From IMG/VR virus record IMGVR_UViG_3300032236_001503, positions 99,238 to 163,237 of that record: a DNA stretch of 64,000 nucleotides, one strand, 5' to 3'. The notes beneath the pieces are model-generated. The model ran no database searches and had not been told where the DNA came from. It saw only the letters and a program-made list of their open reading frames with translations. This document shows positions 38,562 through 48,620 of this stretch, one piece after another; the stretch's first letter is position 1; each line of letters opens with the position of its first letter. Source of the DNA: a virus. The translations under genes and the position numbers were made by a program.

Positions 38562-39188
38562 ATGAATAATATTTCGATAGTAAAAGAAGGCAAAATGAAT
38601 AATAAAGAAGCTGGAAAGCTTGGGTGGTTAAAATCAAAAGAGTTACACGAAGCAGCTTTTAAAAAAAGAATAAATGATTATAAAAATAATCCAACTTTTT
38701 GTTTTCAGTGTGGTGAAATGATTTCATACGAAAAAAGATTTAATAAATTTTGTTCTCACACTTGTAGTGCAATTTTTAATAATACGAGAAAGGAAAAAAA
38801 ATTAAAAACTTGTATATGTTGTAATAATAAATTTCATTCAAAACCCAAAGTTTCAAAATATTGTTCAAAGGATTGTGAAGTTAAATTTAAAAATGATAAA
38901 ATTATTAAAGATTGGAAACAAGGTATTCATAAAGGTTATAGTGGAAAAAATATGTTAGTCCCACCTTGGTTAAGAAAATATATGTTTGAAAAATTTAATT
39001 CTAAATGTTGTAAATGTGGTTGGTGTGAAATAAATCCAACTACTAATAAAACACCATTAGAAGTTAATCATATTGACGGAGATGCTTCAAACTCTAAAGA
39101 AGAAAACTTAGAATTAGTTTGTCCGAATTGTCATAGTCTTACTCCAAATTATAGAGCATTAAATAAAAACAGTAAAAGGGATAGATGA
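38562..39188 (+). CDS. HNH homing endonuclease with Zn-finger repeats
   Basis: KFCS..C repeats, LEVNHIDGD..N...ENL...CPNCH; antisense within the tRNA array. Confidence 0.92.
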   Translation: MNNISIVKEGKMNNKEAGKLGWLKSKELHEAAFKKRINDYKNNPTFCFQCGEMISYEKRFNKFCSHTCSAIFNNTRKEKKLKTCICCNNKFHSKPKVSKYCSKDCEVKFKNDKIIKDWKQGIHKGYSGKNMLVPPWLRKYMFEKFNSKCCKCGWCEINPTTNKTPLEVNHIDGDASNSKEENLELVCPNCHSLTPNYRALNKNSKRDR

Positions 39189-39268
39189 GCCGCAGGTGAG
39201 ATTCGAACTCACGAAGATTGCTCGTCGGTTTACAAAACCGATCCAATTGACCACTATGGGACTGCGGC
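39188..39268 (-). tRNA. tRNA-Thr(TGT) with enlarged variable loop
   Basis: TCGGT-TTTGTAA-ACCGA; 12-nt variable region. Confidence 0.88.
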
Positions 39269-39489
39269 ATTAACTATTAATAACTTACCACACCAACCCT
39301 TTGATGTCAATCAAAAGATAAATCTTTTTTCTCAATTTTTTCAATACTACCAGTTCTTCCTGATTGAACTACATAATGAAATTCTTCCTCACGAAGAATT
39401 TCTATAATCTGACCTCTTTCTAATGAAGGGTGATTTTCTGTTACTACAATTGCCTGACGATAGTTATATCTTTTATTACGCATTGAAGC

Positions 39490-39639
39490 TTATTTTTTGC
39501 TTTTCTTTTTATTCTTAATGCAATTATTAACTCTTTTACCTGTTCTACTACTTGTTTTTAAACCTTCTTTATGGTATCCATCCCAACATTTTACTTTTTT
39601 ACCTTCTAAAATGGATGCGAATAAAGTATCAAATTTCAT
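39490..39639 (-). CDS. 49-aa basic peptide with CWDGY...GK.V.NC motif (missing from the ORF track)
   Basis: MKFDTLFASILEGKKVKCWDGYHKEGLKTSSRTGKRVNNCIKNKKKSKK. Confidence 0.7.
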   Translation of the reverse strand: MKFDTLFASILEGKKVKCWDGYHKEGLKTSSRTGKRVNNCIKNKKKSKK

Positions 39640-39640
39640 A

Positions 39641-40045
39641 TTACTGTGCAGCTGGTGCTGCTGTTCCTGCTCGTCTTTCTAAGAAAATCAGACGTTGATC
39701 TAAATTATCCATTCTTTTATCTAAACCAGCTTCGGTTTGGTTGATATGTTTTAAATCTTCTGAAAATATACCCTGATTATTAATTATAGTTTCTAACTTT
39801 TGTTGTGTTACTTCAAATCTTTTTTCAGATTCTGATGATGCTAATTTATCGGCTTCTATTTGTCGTTCCACATAAACTGCAAATTTATCTTGGGTTACAT
39901 AATGTTGACTCATCCAAAGGGTTGCGTAGCTAAACATCATAAATGCTACTAACATTACCGCTGGTTTGATAAAAATGGTATACCATTTGTCTCCAGCGTG
40001 AGGTGCATCTAAGTGGGATAATGGGTTTAAAGGATCTAGAGACAT
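39641..40045 (-). CDS. Single-TM coiled-coil protein (possible lysis component)
   Basis: One TM segment followed by a coiled coil. Confidence 0.5.
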   Translation of the reverse strand: MSLDPLNPLSHLDAPHAGDKWYTIFIKPAVMLVAFMMFSYATLWMSQHYVTQDKFAVYVERQIEADKLASSESEKRFEVTQQKLETIINNQGIFSEDLKHINQTEAGLDKRMDNLDQRLIFLERRAGTAAPAAQ

Positions 40046-40086
40046 AAGATTTTACATGTATATGACTATACTTACAATTACTTGTA

Positions 40087-40404
40087 TCACTTTTCCTCTA
40101 GATTGAATGTTGCCCAAACAACTTGTGGATGACCCATACTAATTTCTATTTCAGGATCGGTCATATCTGCGATTTTATCAATATCAAGTTTAGCTAAAAC
40201 TATGAATTGCAGTGCTTTAGCAAAAAGATCAGGATCTACATCTTTATCCCACCTAACAATAGTTTCCAAAAAAGGTTCTGGTATTAATGGAACACCATCG
40301 TTAAAAATCTGACTTTTAGCTTCAAATGCACTAAACTGCATTACTAAAGTCTCTTTTAATTTTTCATTTAAATCAAATCCATCAATCATGTTTATATTAT
40401 ACAC
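40087..40404 (-). CDS. Hypothetical protein
   Basis: 105-aa ORF. Confidence 0.5.
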   Translation of the reverse strand: MYNINMIDGFDLNEKLKETLVMQFSAFEAKSQIFNDGVPLIPEPFLETIVRWDKDVDPDLFAKALQFIVLAKLDIDKIADMTDPEIEISMGHPQVVWATFNLEEK

Positions 40405-40416
40405 TAAATATTACAA

Positions 40417-41088
40417 ATGTCATCCCCTAAAACGCTAGTAATTTCAGATGTCCATCTAGGTTCACCCGTTTGTAAAACGGATTCTTTAATGGAGGTGTTA
40501 TTAGACGAAAAATATGATAAACTCATTATAAACGGTGATTTATTAGATAATGGTTATTTCCAAAGATATAAAAAGAAACACTGGAAAGTTTTAGAAACAA
40601 TAAGAAAGATTTCAAAGAAAAAGGAAGTAATATTAATCAGAGGAAATCATGATAAAAATTCTGAAGCTCTTGCTGCGATTTTAGGAATAGAATTTGTTCA
40701 CGAATATGAAATGCTAGTAAACGATAAGTGTTTCTTGTTCTTACATTTAGATATATTCGATACATTTATTGCTCACTATGGAATTTTAACAACTGTTGCG
40801 GAAAGGATTTATTATTTTTTTCAAAATATTAATAAACCACTAGCAACTTGGTTAAAACGAACCAGTAAAACTTTCTTACAGGTAAAGGATAAAATTAAAT
40901 TTAAGGCATTGGAATATATCCATAACACTCAATATGATGCGATATTTGGTGGACATGTTCATTATGCTGAAGAATATCACTGCATAAAAACTAATAAAAG
41001 TTATTATAATACTGGATCATTCTGTGATTCACCTTCCCATTATATTATTATAGATGGTAACGGGAAGGTGATATTAAAAGAAATTTAA
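40417..41088 (+). CDS. LpxH/YbbF-like metallophosphoesterase
   Basis: ISDVHLG, NGD..D, GNHD, GHVH, Y.NTG; TAAATA upstream. Confidence 0.85.
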   Translation: MSSPKTLVISDVHLGSPVCKTDSLMEVLLDEKYDKLIINGDLLDNGYFQRYKKKHWKVLETIRKISKKKEVILIRGNHDKNSEALAAILGIEFVHEYEMLVNDKCFLFLHLDIFDTFIAHYGILTTVAERIYYFFQNINKPLATWLKRTSKTFLQVKDKIKFKALEYIHNTQYDAIFGGHVHYAEEYHCIKTNKSYYNTGSFCDSPSHYIIIDGNGKVILKEI

Positions 41089-42191
41089 GCTCTTATAGTC
41101 TTTTGAAGTGTATTGACACAAGCTACATCTTCATGTACCGCTACGAAATCAACCCCAACCACATCTTCACCATAATTAACAATTGAAAACCCATTCTGCC
41201 AGTTTGGATCTTTTACATAAGATGGATTCAGGTCACACGCACAAGCATTCTCGTAGTTATAATATGTAACTGCTTTTCTGTTACCCACCGCTGGGTGTCT
41301 TTGCGAGGTAGCACCAAAACGATGAACATGATTTGTGATAGTTGAGGCAAATACCTTCTCGTATTCTGCTCTTGCTGATTGACCGCCATTCTTTCTAACT
41401 GCTGTGCCATGTTTAACAATCAGATTAGTTGGGAGAACCACCTCATCAACCAACTTGATTCTGCACCAATCCTCGGTTGGATAGAATACATTTGCGTAAG
41501 AAAGCAACTCTTGAATTCTAGGCAATGTTGCCGCCTGACCAATTTGCTTACTCAAATATCTCCACCATCTACCTTCCTGACTATTACCAGAATGATTTGC
41601 ATTAGTTTCTAAAATCTCACAACCCCAAGATTCGGTAATATCATGAAGAGTCTTCAAAAATGCATGATACTTTTTAAGTTCATCAGCAAGAGAATAGTTA
41701 TGACGAACATCATTTGAATATGTGCTAATTGAAAGCATATCAAGCGTATCACCATTAAGAATAACCTTTTCTGGTCTTACTTCTTCAACAACCTTAAAAA
41801 AGATTTCAATTGTTGGCTGGTGTTCAACACCAAAATGCAAGTCACCAATTACAACAGCAGAATTTGTTGCTTCCTGTCTCACTTGGGATCTCTTGGGTGC
41901 ATCGTATCGAATAGGAGTCAATTGCTCCAAGAACTGCAAAACTTCATCACCATCAGCATCATTTTGTTTACAAACTTTAAGTGCATTACCGATAAACTCA
42001 CCATCTTCATTAATAATAGGCTCTTCCTCAAGATAAGAGCGAGTAGTAATATTCAAACTATTACCAATCCAATTATAAACAGTCTTACGAGGAACATCTA
42101 AAATCTTTGAGATTTCGGTGTTTGTTTTACCTTGAGTCTGAAGCTCTTTAGCTTGTTCTATTAGCTGTTCTTTATTGTATGAGTTTGACAT
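41085..42191 (-). CDS. HTH plus metallophosphoesterase
   Basis: N-terminal EISKILDVPRKTVYNW; GDLH, NGD..D, NH, HG, HVHR, NWQNGF. Confidence 0.85.
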   Translation of the reverse strand: MSNSYNKEQLIEQAKELQTQGKTNTEISKILDVPRKTVYNWIGNSLNITTRSYLEEEPIINEDGEFIGNALKVCKQNDADGDEVLQFLEQLTPIRYDAPKRSQVRQEATNSAVVIGDLHFGVEHQPTIEIFFKVVEEVRPEKVILNGDTLDMLSISTYSNDVRHNYSLADELKKYHAFLKTLHDITESWGCEILETNANHSGNSQEGRWWRYLSKQIGQAATLPRIQELLSYANVFYPTEDWCRIKLVDEVVLPTNLIVKHGTAVRKNGGQSARAEYEKVFASTITNHVHRFGATSQRHPAVGNRKAVTYYNYENACACDLNPSYVKDPNWQNGFSIVNYGEDVVGVDFVAVHEDVACVNTLQKTIRA

Positions 42192-42393
42192 ATAACTACC
42201 ATGATAAGATAGTTTGATATAAATGTCAACTATTTCTTTTTTAAAATGCTCTTAAATACATTTTTAAAGTTTTCAAATTTTGAATCCCTTTCAACCTTAA
42301 GATTTTTTACGGTGGAATCTAGTTTTGATTCTTCAATAGGTTGTTCTTCAATCAAATCCCTATAATTCCTATTTGCGTTGTAATTTATTTTAT

Positions 42394-43284
42394 TCATGCT
42401 CTATAGTTTATTATATTGTCCAAATGCTTACGAATCCCCTTTAACTTTGGATACATTAAAGGTGAATTTTCAGAATTTTCCGCTTTAATGTATTCAACAT
42501 CATTTGCGTTAACTAAAGCGGATTTTTTAGAATTTTCCTCTTTAGTTAATTTATTTTTCTCTAAAAGGGAATTATATGCCAATATGAGCGCAACAGCCAA
42601 AGGATCAAAAACGCATACAATACCCAAAGTAAACCACTTGACAATCGTATCCATATCCACACCGAATGCTTTTGCCACATATTTGAGAGTTCCGATGTCC
42701 ACTTCTTTTGAACCTTCCATTTTTTCATTAATTGATTCTTGGCTCGTTTGGAAGAGTTCGGTTGTAAGTTGTTCAATTCGATTTCTCGTTGAAGTAATCT
42801 CTTCAGAAGAGCGTTTGATGTCTTCATAGATTGGTTTTGCTGCTTTAGTCGAGAGATCTGGTAATCTTTTTTCTTGTGCTTTTCTGGCTTCATTTAATGT
42901 AACGATTCTATCATTAAGTTGTTTAATTTCAAGATTTAAAAAATCTTTTTTTGAGGTCAGAGCTTCTTGTTTTGTATCCGTAAGTTCTACTTTAACATGG
43001 CTTTGTTGATAAGCTCCCGTTAAAAACCCAAAAATACCCAAAGATGTTATACCCATTAAAATTATTACAGCAAGTGTTAAATAAGTTTTAAGTAACCAAT
43101 TAATACTCTTCCAATATCTATGAAGAAAAGAGGCAGCTACAAGTTTACCAATTTCCAAACCACCTGCCATCACACAAACGGCTACAAATCTAGCAGCATA
43201 AAGAGTAGCTAAACCTTGAACAGAAAAGAAAGCAGCACAACCAGCAACTATTAAAGCTACAATTCCAACTAAAGCAGTAAACAT
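42394..43284 (-). CDS. Conserved multi-TM coiled-coil protein of large phages
   Basis: AAFFSV.GL, LE.GKLV, TS.GIFGFL, VFDPLA. Confidence 0.7.
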   Translation of the reverse strand: MFTALVGIVALIVAGCAAFFSVQGLATLYAARFVAVCVMAGGLEIGKLVAASFLHRYWKSINWLLKTYLTLAVIILMGITSLGIFGFLTGAYQQSHVKVELTDTKQEALTSKKDFLNLEIKQLNDRIVTLNEARKAQEKRLPDLSTKAAKPIYEDIKRSSEEITSTRNRIEQLTTELFQTSQESINEKMEGSKEVDIGTLKYVAKAFGVDMDTIVKWFTLGIVCVFDPLAVALILAYNSLLEKNKLTKEENSKKSALVNANDVEYIKAENSENSPLMYPKLKGIRKHLDNIINYRA

Positions 43285-43300
43285 ATAGAATACTTACTTT

Positions 43301-45535
43301 TTATAGTGCTTCAATAACGTTCAATGAAGCATGGGCGGTTAATGCACCAGATCCAGCCGCACGTTGAGTAACAAACAATACAAGTTGATCAGGATTTGTC
43401 ATATCAACATTTGTTCCAATGTTTAAGAAATTTAAAGAAGTTCTTGCGTCAATAACATTAGATGATGAACCATAACCAGCAAGCACTTGGACACCGCCAC
43501 TTACATATTGCACACCAGTTCCATAATCCCAAAATCTTGCTGATTTACCAAAATTAACAGGTGTTGGTATTGTACCTGATATAGCTGGGTTTAACATTAA
43601 TCTCCAAGAATAAATGGCAGGAGATGAATTTTTACCACTATTGACAGGATTAAGATCGAATATATTAATATCTTGCAATTGAAGATCTGATCTATTATAA
43701 GGTTGACCTTGTCTTAACCCTGCTCCAAGAATGGCATATTCAGCGGTTGATGCCGTGCTGGGCCACGTTACATCGGTTTGTGTTATTGCCCCAGCAAAAC
43801 TCGGATTTAAAGAAACTTCCGCTTCAACATCAACTGCTTCGGAAGCAAGTGTTAAAATCGGAAGAACTGTTTGTGTTGTTGTATTAAAAATTTCATACCT
43901 TAATGGCGAAGCTGGTTCATTAATAAATTGAGTACCTAATGTTCCACCAGAGCTATAAGTGTGAAGAAGAATTGCACCATAATTCGGTGAAGCAATTACC
44001 CAACGAACTCTACTTGTTCTACCACCGATATAGTCAACCCAATAAGTCCATTCCATATTCCAAGGACTTTGTGAGAATGAAATAGTTCTACCCGTTGGAA
44101 GAGAAGCTGGATTAAAAACATATGTTCCTGTAAGCTGAGTTGTGGAAGTACCAGCAACAAAAACTATACCATTATAAAGATTGTTTGATGCACCAGATAA
44201 AGTAATTTTAGTTCCTACTTTATAAGTGTTTGTTAAATCAACTCCATTTGTATCAAATACAACATTCCAAACAGTATTATAATTAGCTTGGGTAACTGGT
44301 GTTATAGAAACAGCTGATATACTGTTTGCTGTAACTGGAGCAGTAAACATGTTAATAGTGGAGGGACCCGTTCCATCCAATTTATCATTACTAAAGTTTG
44401 CACTGTTTGTTCTATCTTCTATAATTGTTCCATCTGGTAATGATCTACGAACAACAACGTTGAAGTTTGTTCCAGATAATTCAAAAAATAATCCATCAGA
44501 GCTATCAAATTGACCCATTCTTTTTACAACACCCGCCTGACGATCTGACCAATTCATCGTGAAGAAAACTTGGTGTCCAACGCCTGGTCTGTATTTAAAA
44601 TATCTTCTCGTCTGTCTAATTGCCGATCCCGTTGAACTTAAGCCTGATGTCATTGTTACTGAACCAATAGCAGGAATAAATAAACTTTGAGCACTAAGAG
44701 CAGTAAATTGTTCTGCGTATCTTAAATCTCCATCCTTATCAACTGCTGCCTGATACCACCATTGGTTTGAATTTAATGCTGTACGAAGTCTACCAAGAGG
44801 ATCAATTTGTAAAGTATCAGCTTGTTTAACCAAAACTGGTGTAGCATTTGAATTAGGAATAATAACTGCTGATACCGTATTACCGATTGTGAGATTACCA
44901 GAAACTGGAATAACCTGTGATGTACTAATCGGTATTGGATTACCTACATCATTAGTAATTTCAATTTGTGGGTTAATTATGTATGCACTTAGAGATGTAA
45001 CTGGATTTAATATTTGGACTGCTGTTACAGAATTTGAAACAGATATATTACCAGAAACGGGAAGAGTTACATTACAAGCAACGATATCAAAATTTGAAAC
45101 TGGATTTGTAATAGAAATCGCTGTAAGTTGTATTGGAAAATTTGTTACTGATACAGAACTGACATTATTTGTGGTAAAAACATTTAATGCACTATTAGTA
45201 ATGAGTGCATAATGCCCCAATTGATCACCTATAGAGATAGAATCTGAAGTTGCTGTTAAATCTTGAGATAATACTCTTAATGCGCCTAAACCGGGACCAA
45301 TCTGAGCAATATCAGCATGTAATCCAGTATAAGGGTCGGTGATATGAACATCACCAATATTCACATTACCAGAAGTTAATGATATTACCAACCCATCTAA
45401 ATTGGTAATATACGATGCTTGAGCATAAAGAGGTCTCCCTGCATTATTGTCAACCTGAATCCAAGAGTTGTTTGGGGGTATGTTTGCATTAACATACCCA
45501 GCAGATACTTGATTGTTGAAAACGTAGTTACTCAT
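43301..45535 (-). CDS. Large virion structural/fibre-like protein
   Basis: ITND.GNPIP, D..GRLR, RQTRRYFKY.PG, R.G.FD..DG.FFE motifs; TAAAGTA upstream. Confidence 0.7.
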   Translation of the reverse strand: MSNYVFNNQVSAGYVNANIPPNNSWIQVDNNAGRPLYAQASYITNLDGLVISLTSGNVNIGDVHITDPYTGLHADIAQIGPGLGALRVLSQDLTATSDSISIGDQLGHYALITNSALNVFTTNNVSSVSVTNFPIQLTAISITNPVSNFDIVACNVTLPVSGNISVSNSVTAVQILNPVTSLSAYIINPQIEITNDVGNPIPISTSQVIPVSGNLTIGNTVSAVIIPNSNATPVLVKQADTLQIDPLGRLRTALNSNQWWYQAAVDKDGDLRYAEQFTALSAQSLFIPAIGSVTMTSGLSSTGSAIRQTRRYFKYRPGVGHQVFFTMNWSDRQAGVVKRMGQFDSSDGLFFELSGTNFNVVVRRSLPDGTIIEDRTNSANFSNDKLDGTGPSTINMFTAPVTANSISAVSITPVTQANYNTVWNVVFDTNGVDLTNTYKVGTKITLSGASNNLYNGIVFVAGTSTTQLTGTYVFNPASLPTGRTISFSQSPWNMEWTYWVDYIGGRTSRVRWVIASPNYGAILLHTYSSGGTLGTQFINEPASPLRYEIFNTTTQTVLPILTLASEAVDVEAEVSLNPSFAGAITQTDVTWPSTASTAEYAILGAGLRQGQPYNRSDLQLQDINIFDLNPVNSGKNSSPAIYSWRLMLNPAISGTIPTPVNFGKSARFWDYGTGVQYVSGGVQVLAGYGSSSNVIDARTSLNFLNIGTNVDMTNPDQLVLFVTQRAAGSGALTAHASLNVIEAL

Positions 45536-45557
45536 CTGAATAACTACTTACTCTGAA

Positions 45558-45764
45558 TTATTCCTTAATGGCAACAACTAGTTCTTTCCAACTTTCAAAC
45601 TTTTCAGTGGGTTCTGGTATTTCCCAACCAAAAAACCAAAATTTACCCTTACGATATTGAGCAATTTCTACGGTTGGATTACCATCTTTATCCTTATCTT
45701 TGGATGTTACCAAATAAAGGAATTCTTCGATTAGTTCTGGAATAGTGTTATTTTGTTCTGACAT
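45558..45764 (-). CDS. Hypothetical protein
   Basis: 68-aa ORF overlapping the end of guaC. Confidence 0.5.
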   Translation of the reverse strand: MSEQNNTIPELIEEFLYLVTSKDKDKDGNPTVEIAQYRKGKFWFFGWEIPEPTEKFESWKELVVAIKE

Positions 45765-46686
45765 AATTTACTTTTTGGAAACAACTCAAGTCATGACCAC
45801 CAGCATAACTTATACTGGATTGTAGAGCTTGCTTTATTTCGTACATTCTTTCTTTCAAACTTACCTCTGCCATTTCAATCTGCAAGTCAAAACCTTCGAC
45901 ATGAAGATTTTGACCTTTGGCTGTAGCAGAAGCATTACCAAAATAATGTTTTTTACCATTAACAAAAGGAGCAGGAGAATCATTACAAGAAGCAAACATC
46001 CCTCCGCTCATAACCATTGTTGCACCTGCGACCAATGACTTAGCAATGTCACCGTAATACTTTGCACCGCCGTCAGCAATAATTGGCTTTTTGGCATAAC
46101 GTGAACAAGACTGAATGCAAGAAAACGAGGGTACATGGAATCCGGTTTGATACTTTGTAGAGCAAGCAGATCCTGTGCCAATTAGACATTTAGTTGCATC
46201 AGCACCCCATTCTTCCAAAGCAAGAGTTGCTTCGACTGAAGATGTATTACCAGCAATCAAAAAAACATTAGGGAAAAGTTCTTTGATTTGTTCAATACGA
46301 TTTTTAACCTTGATATGATGACCATGTGCGACATCAATTGTGATGTAATCAACAATGAGATTATCGCTTTTAATTTGAATCAATTCTTTGAAAGAATCAT
46401 CATTTACACCCGTTGAAATACTAATAGTATCCCATTCCTGTTCATTTGCATTACGAACAAATGGAACAGTGCAACCATTAAACCGATGCATCACATAAAA
46501 GTAATGATTATCACAAAGCCATTGCGCCCATTCCTGATTAATAACCGACATCATATTGGATGGGATAATTGGTAACTCAAATCTACTATTACCGAATACA
46601 ACAGTAGTATCCGCTTCTTTTCTTGAATAAAGTTCCGAATAATTAGGAACTAAATAAATGTCATCGTAGTATAGAGCTTTTTCCAT
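45748..46686 (-). CDS. guaC: GMP reductase
   Basis: YFYVMHRF, YITIDVAHGH, IAGN, GADATK, G.GSAC.T, IIADGG, LQSSISYAGG. Confidence 0.95.
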   Translation of the reverse strand: MEKALYYDDIYLVPNYSELYSRKEADTTVVFGNSRFELPIIPSNMMSVINQEWAQWLCDNHYFYVMHRFNGCTVPFVRNANEQEWDTISISTGVNDDSFKELIQIKSDNLIVDYITIDVAHGHHIKVKNRIEQIKELFPNVFLIAGNTSSVEATLALEEWGADATKCLIGTGSACSTKYQTGFHVPSFSCIQSCSRYAKKPIIADGGAKYYGDIAKSLVAGATMVMSGGMFASCNDSPAPFVNGKKHYFGNASATAKGQNLHVEGFDLQIEMAEVSLKERMYEIKQALQSSISYAGGHDLSCFQKVNYVRTK

Positions 46687-46726
46687 GATAGAATTATTCT
46701 ATCAAATTTTTAAATAAGGTCAAGTA

Positions 46727-47206
46727 TTATAATTCACCATTTAAAACTTTTCCATTAAGTTTTATTCTGGTGAACATGGTAGAAATAGGATGATCTTTAT
46801 AATCAACGAGTAATCCTCTTATACCCATTTGTCTAGCAAGTAATATATTTCCTATTTCATCATCAATATGGAATTGAATGTTTAAATCTTCAAACCATGT
46901 ATCTTTTGCTGCAAAATTGGTGCAAAAAATATTTTCTCTTGGGAAATCCACACCAGCATTTTTTAAAATTCTTTCATTGTTGCTTATACCCTCTTCTCCA
47001 TTTCCTGATATAGACTCAGCGGAAATAATATATGTTTTAATTCCCAATTTTAAACATCTTTTGAAAATCTCAAGAATCGGTCTATTGATATGTGTTGCCT
47101 CTTCAACCCTAAATGGTTTATGATGATATTGTCTTTCCACAAGGGTTCCGTGAAAATCAAAAGAGACAATTTTCTTGTCAAATATACCTGTATCTTGTAT
47201 GGTCAC
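46727..47206 (-). CDS. HAD-superfamily protein
   Basis: VSFDFHGTL, K, HIDD. Confidence 0.75.
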   Translation of the reverse strand: MTIQDTGIFDKKIVSFDFHGTLVERQYHHKPFRVEEATHINRPILEIFKRCLKLGIKTYIISAESISGNGEEGISNNERILKNAGVDFPRENIFCTNFAAKDTWFEDLNIQFHIDDEIGNILLARQMGIRGLLVDYKDHPISTMFTRIKLNGKVLNGEL

Positions 47207-47207
47207 A

Positions 47208-47414
47208 TTACAATTCCTTCAGTATACTTAGCTCAAGTATACCAAAATTGCTATGACCTGAATTAGCTACTTTAGCAGTATATTTTTTTCCTTCGTGTGA
47301 AAATTTTATTAAATCACCATTATCCAATTGGATATCGTTGTTTTCATTCCATTCGGATATATCTAAGTAAAACTTAGAACCATCCTTACTTATATACTTT
47401 TCAATTCCTAGCAT
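47208..47414 (-). CDS. Hypothetical protein
   Basis: 68-aa ORF. Confidence 0.45.
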   Translation of the reverse strand: MLGIEKYISKDGSKFYLDISEWNENNDIQLDNGDLIKFSHEGKKYTAKVANSGHSNFGILELSILKEL

Positions 47415-47733
47415 TTTATTTTTATTACTGGGCTGAGAATTTAGTACAATATGTCAAACCAGCAAACGCTATCAAAAGTATAGCTAAAGCAATATATTTG
47501 GATTTGATCATTTCAAATATTTACTCTAATGAAAAACACTTTAACGAACCTTTTTAATTTCCATCTCAATCTCATCATCCGTCTTCATTCTATAGGTTTC
47601 ATCTTCTGGGTTGTAAACAACAAACCCCTCGTCAATCAAATATTGCAATTCTTGAAGGAGGGCATCCATAGTAACTTTTTGGGTATCTTTTTTATTTTTA
47701 GCCATAAGTATAGGATATACCAACCACTATGGT

Positions 47734-48444
47734 ATGTCAACAATTATGGAAGGACTAAACGAAAAAATATGGCAGAGGGATGGAACCATTGTACCATCAG
47801 TAAGAGAAAAACTTTTACAAATCTCAAAAAGATTTTTAGATGATTTCATTACGCCAGTAACAGTTAAAAACATCTATCTCGTGGGATCTTTAGCGTCCTT
47901 TAAATGGACTCCAACTAGCGATATAGATGTCCATTTAACAGTAGACATCAATGAACCACATGCTGATAAAAGTATAGATGATTACTTTGATTTGAAAAAA
48001 GATTTCTTTAACAAAAATCATAATATCTTTATCAAAGGATATAAAGTAGAAATCAACATCAATGAAGAAGGTGCTGAACAAAAACAATTTTGGAAAGATA
48101 AACCAGTATATGATCTCTATAACCAAAAGTGGATCAAAAAACCAAACCCAAATACTAGAAACTTAAACGACCCTTTGGTATTACAACTTGCTGATTATTT
48201 TGAAAAGAAAACAGAGTGGCTTATAAAAAATGAAGCACCATATTATGATTTTAAAAAGTTAAAGAACACAATCAAAGCACTTCGAAAAGAGGGATTAAAA
48301 CATGATGGGGAATATTCTATTGGTAACTTAGTTTTTAAACAACTAAGAAATTCGGGTGCAAACGAAAAACTTTTTGATTATAAAAACGACATGGAAGACA
48401 AAGAATTATCACTGGAGAAGTTTAAAAACTTCTTTAAGAAATAA
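47734..48444 (+). CDS. Pol-beta-superfamily nucleotidyltransferase
   Basis: YLVGSLA...SDIDVHL, VEI, YDL...W, LRK.GL...GEYS..NLVFK.LR. Confidence 0.85.
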   Translation: MSTIMEGLNEKIWQRDGTIVPSVREKLLQISKRFLDDFITPVTVKNIYLVGSLASFKWTPTSDIDVHLTVDINEPHADKSIDDYFDLKKDFFNKNHNIFIKGYKVEININEEGAEQKQFWKDKPVYDLYNQKWIKKPNPNTRNLNDPLVLQLADYFEKKTEWLIKNEAPYYDFKKLKNTIKALRKEGLKHDGEYSIGNLVFKQLRNSGANEKLFDYKNDMEDKELSLEKFKNFFKK

Positions 48445-48516
48445 ATTTGTGTGTTCAGTGAAACTCATAAAACGTAAGTCGTTGTAGGTTCTCCCTACAC
48501 TCTATTCACAAATTTA
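48442..48516 (-). ncRNA. Unassigned structured element in the tRNA-Ile trailer
   Basis: 10-bp closing stem TAAATTTGTG/CACAAATTTA enclosing TGTAGG/CCTACA and ACG/CGT hairpins. Confidence 0.4.
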
Positions 48517-48518
48517 AA

Positions 48519-48613
48519 TGGAAGTGGGTGAGGGAATCGAACCCTCGCTAATCCCTCATCTAGGGAAGTTATAGGTATAAACTATATCGTGCTTCCAATT
48601 ACACTAACCCACC
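48519..48613 (-). tRNA. tRNA with TAT (Ile) anticodon and long variable arm
   Basis: GGTGGGT/ACCCACT-TCCA; TATAG-TTTATAC-CTATA; V-arm TCCCT-AGATG-AGGGA. Confidence 0.82.
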
Positions 48614-48620
48614 TAATTTT

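Noticed and set aside
48519-48613. Selenocysteine tRNA
   Set aside because: The anticodon is TAT, not TCA, and the acceptor/T stems are 7/5
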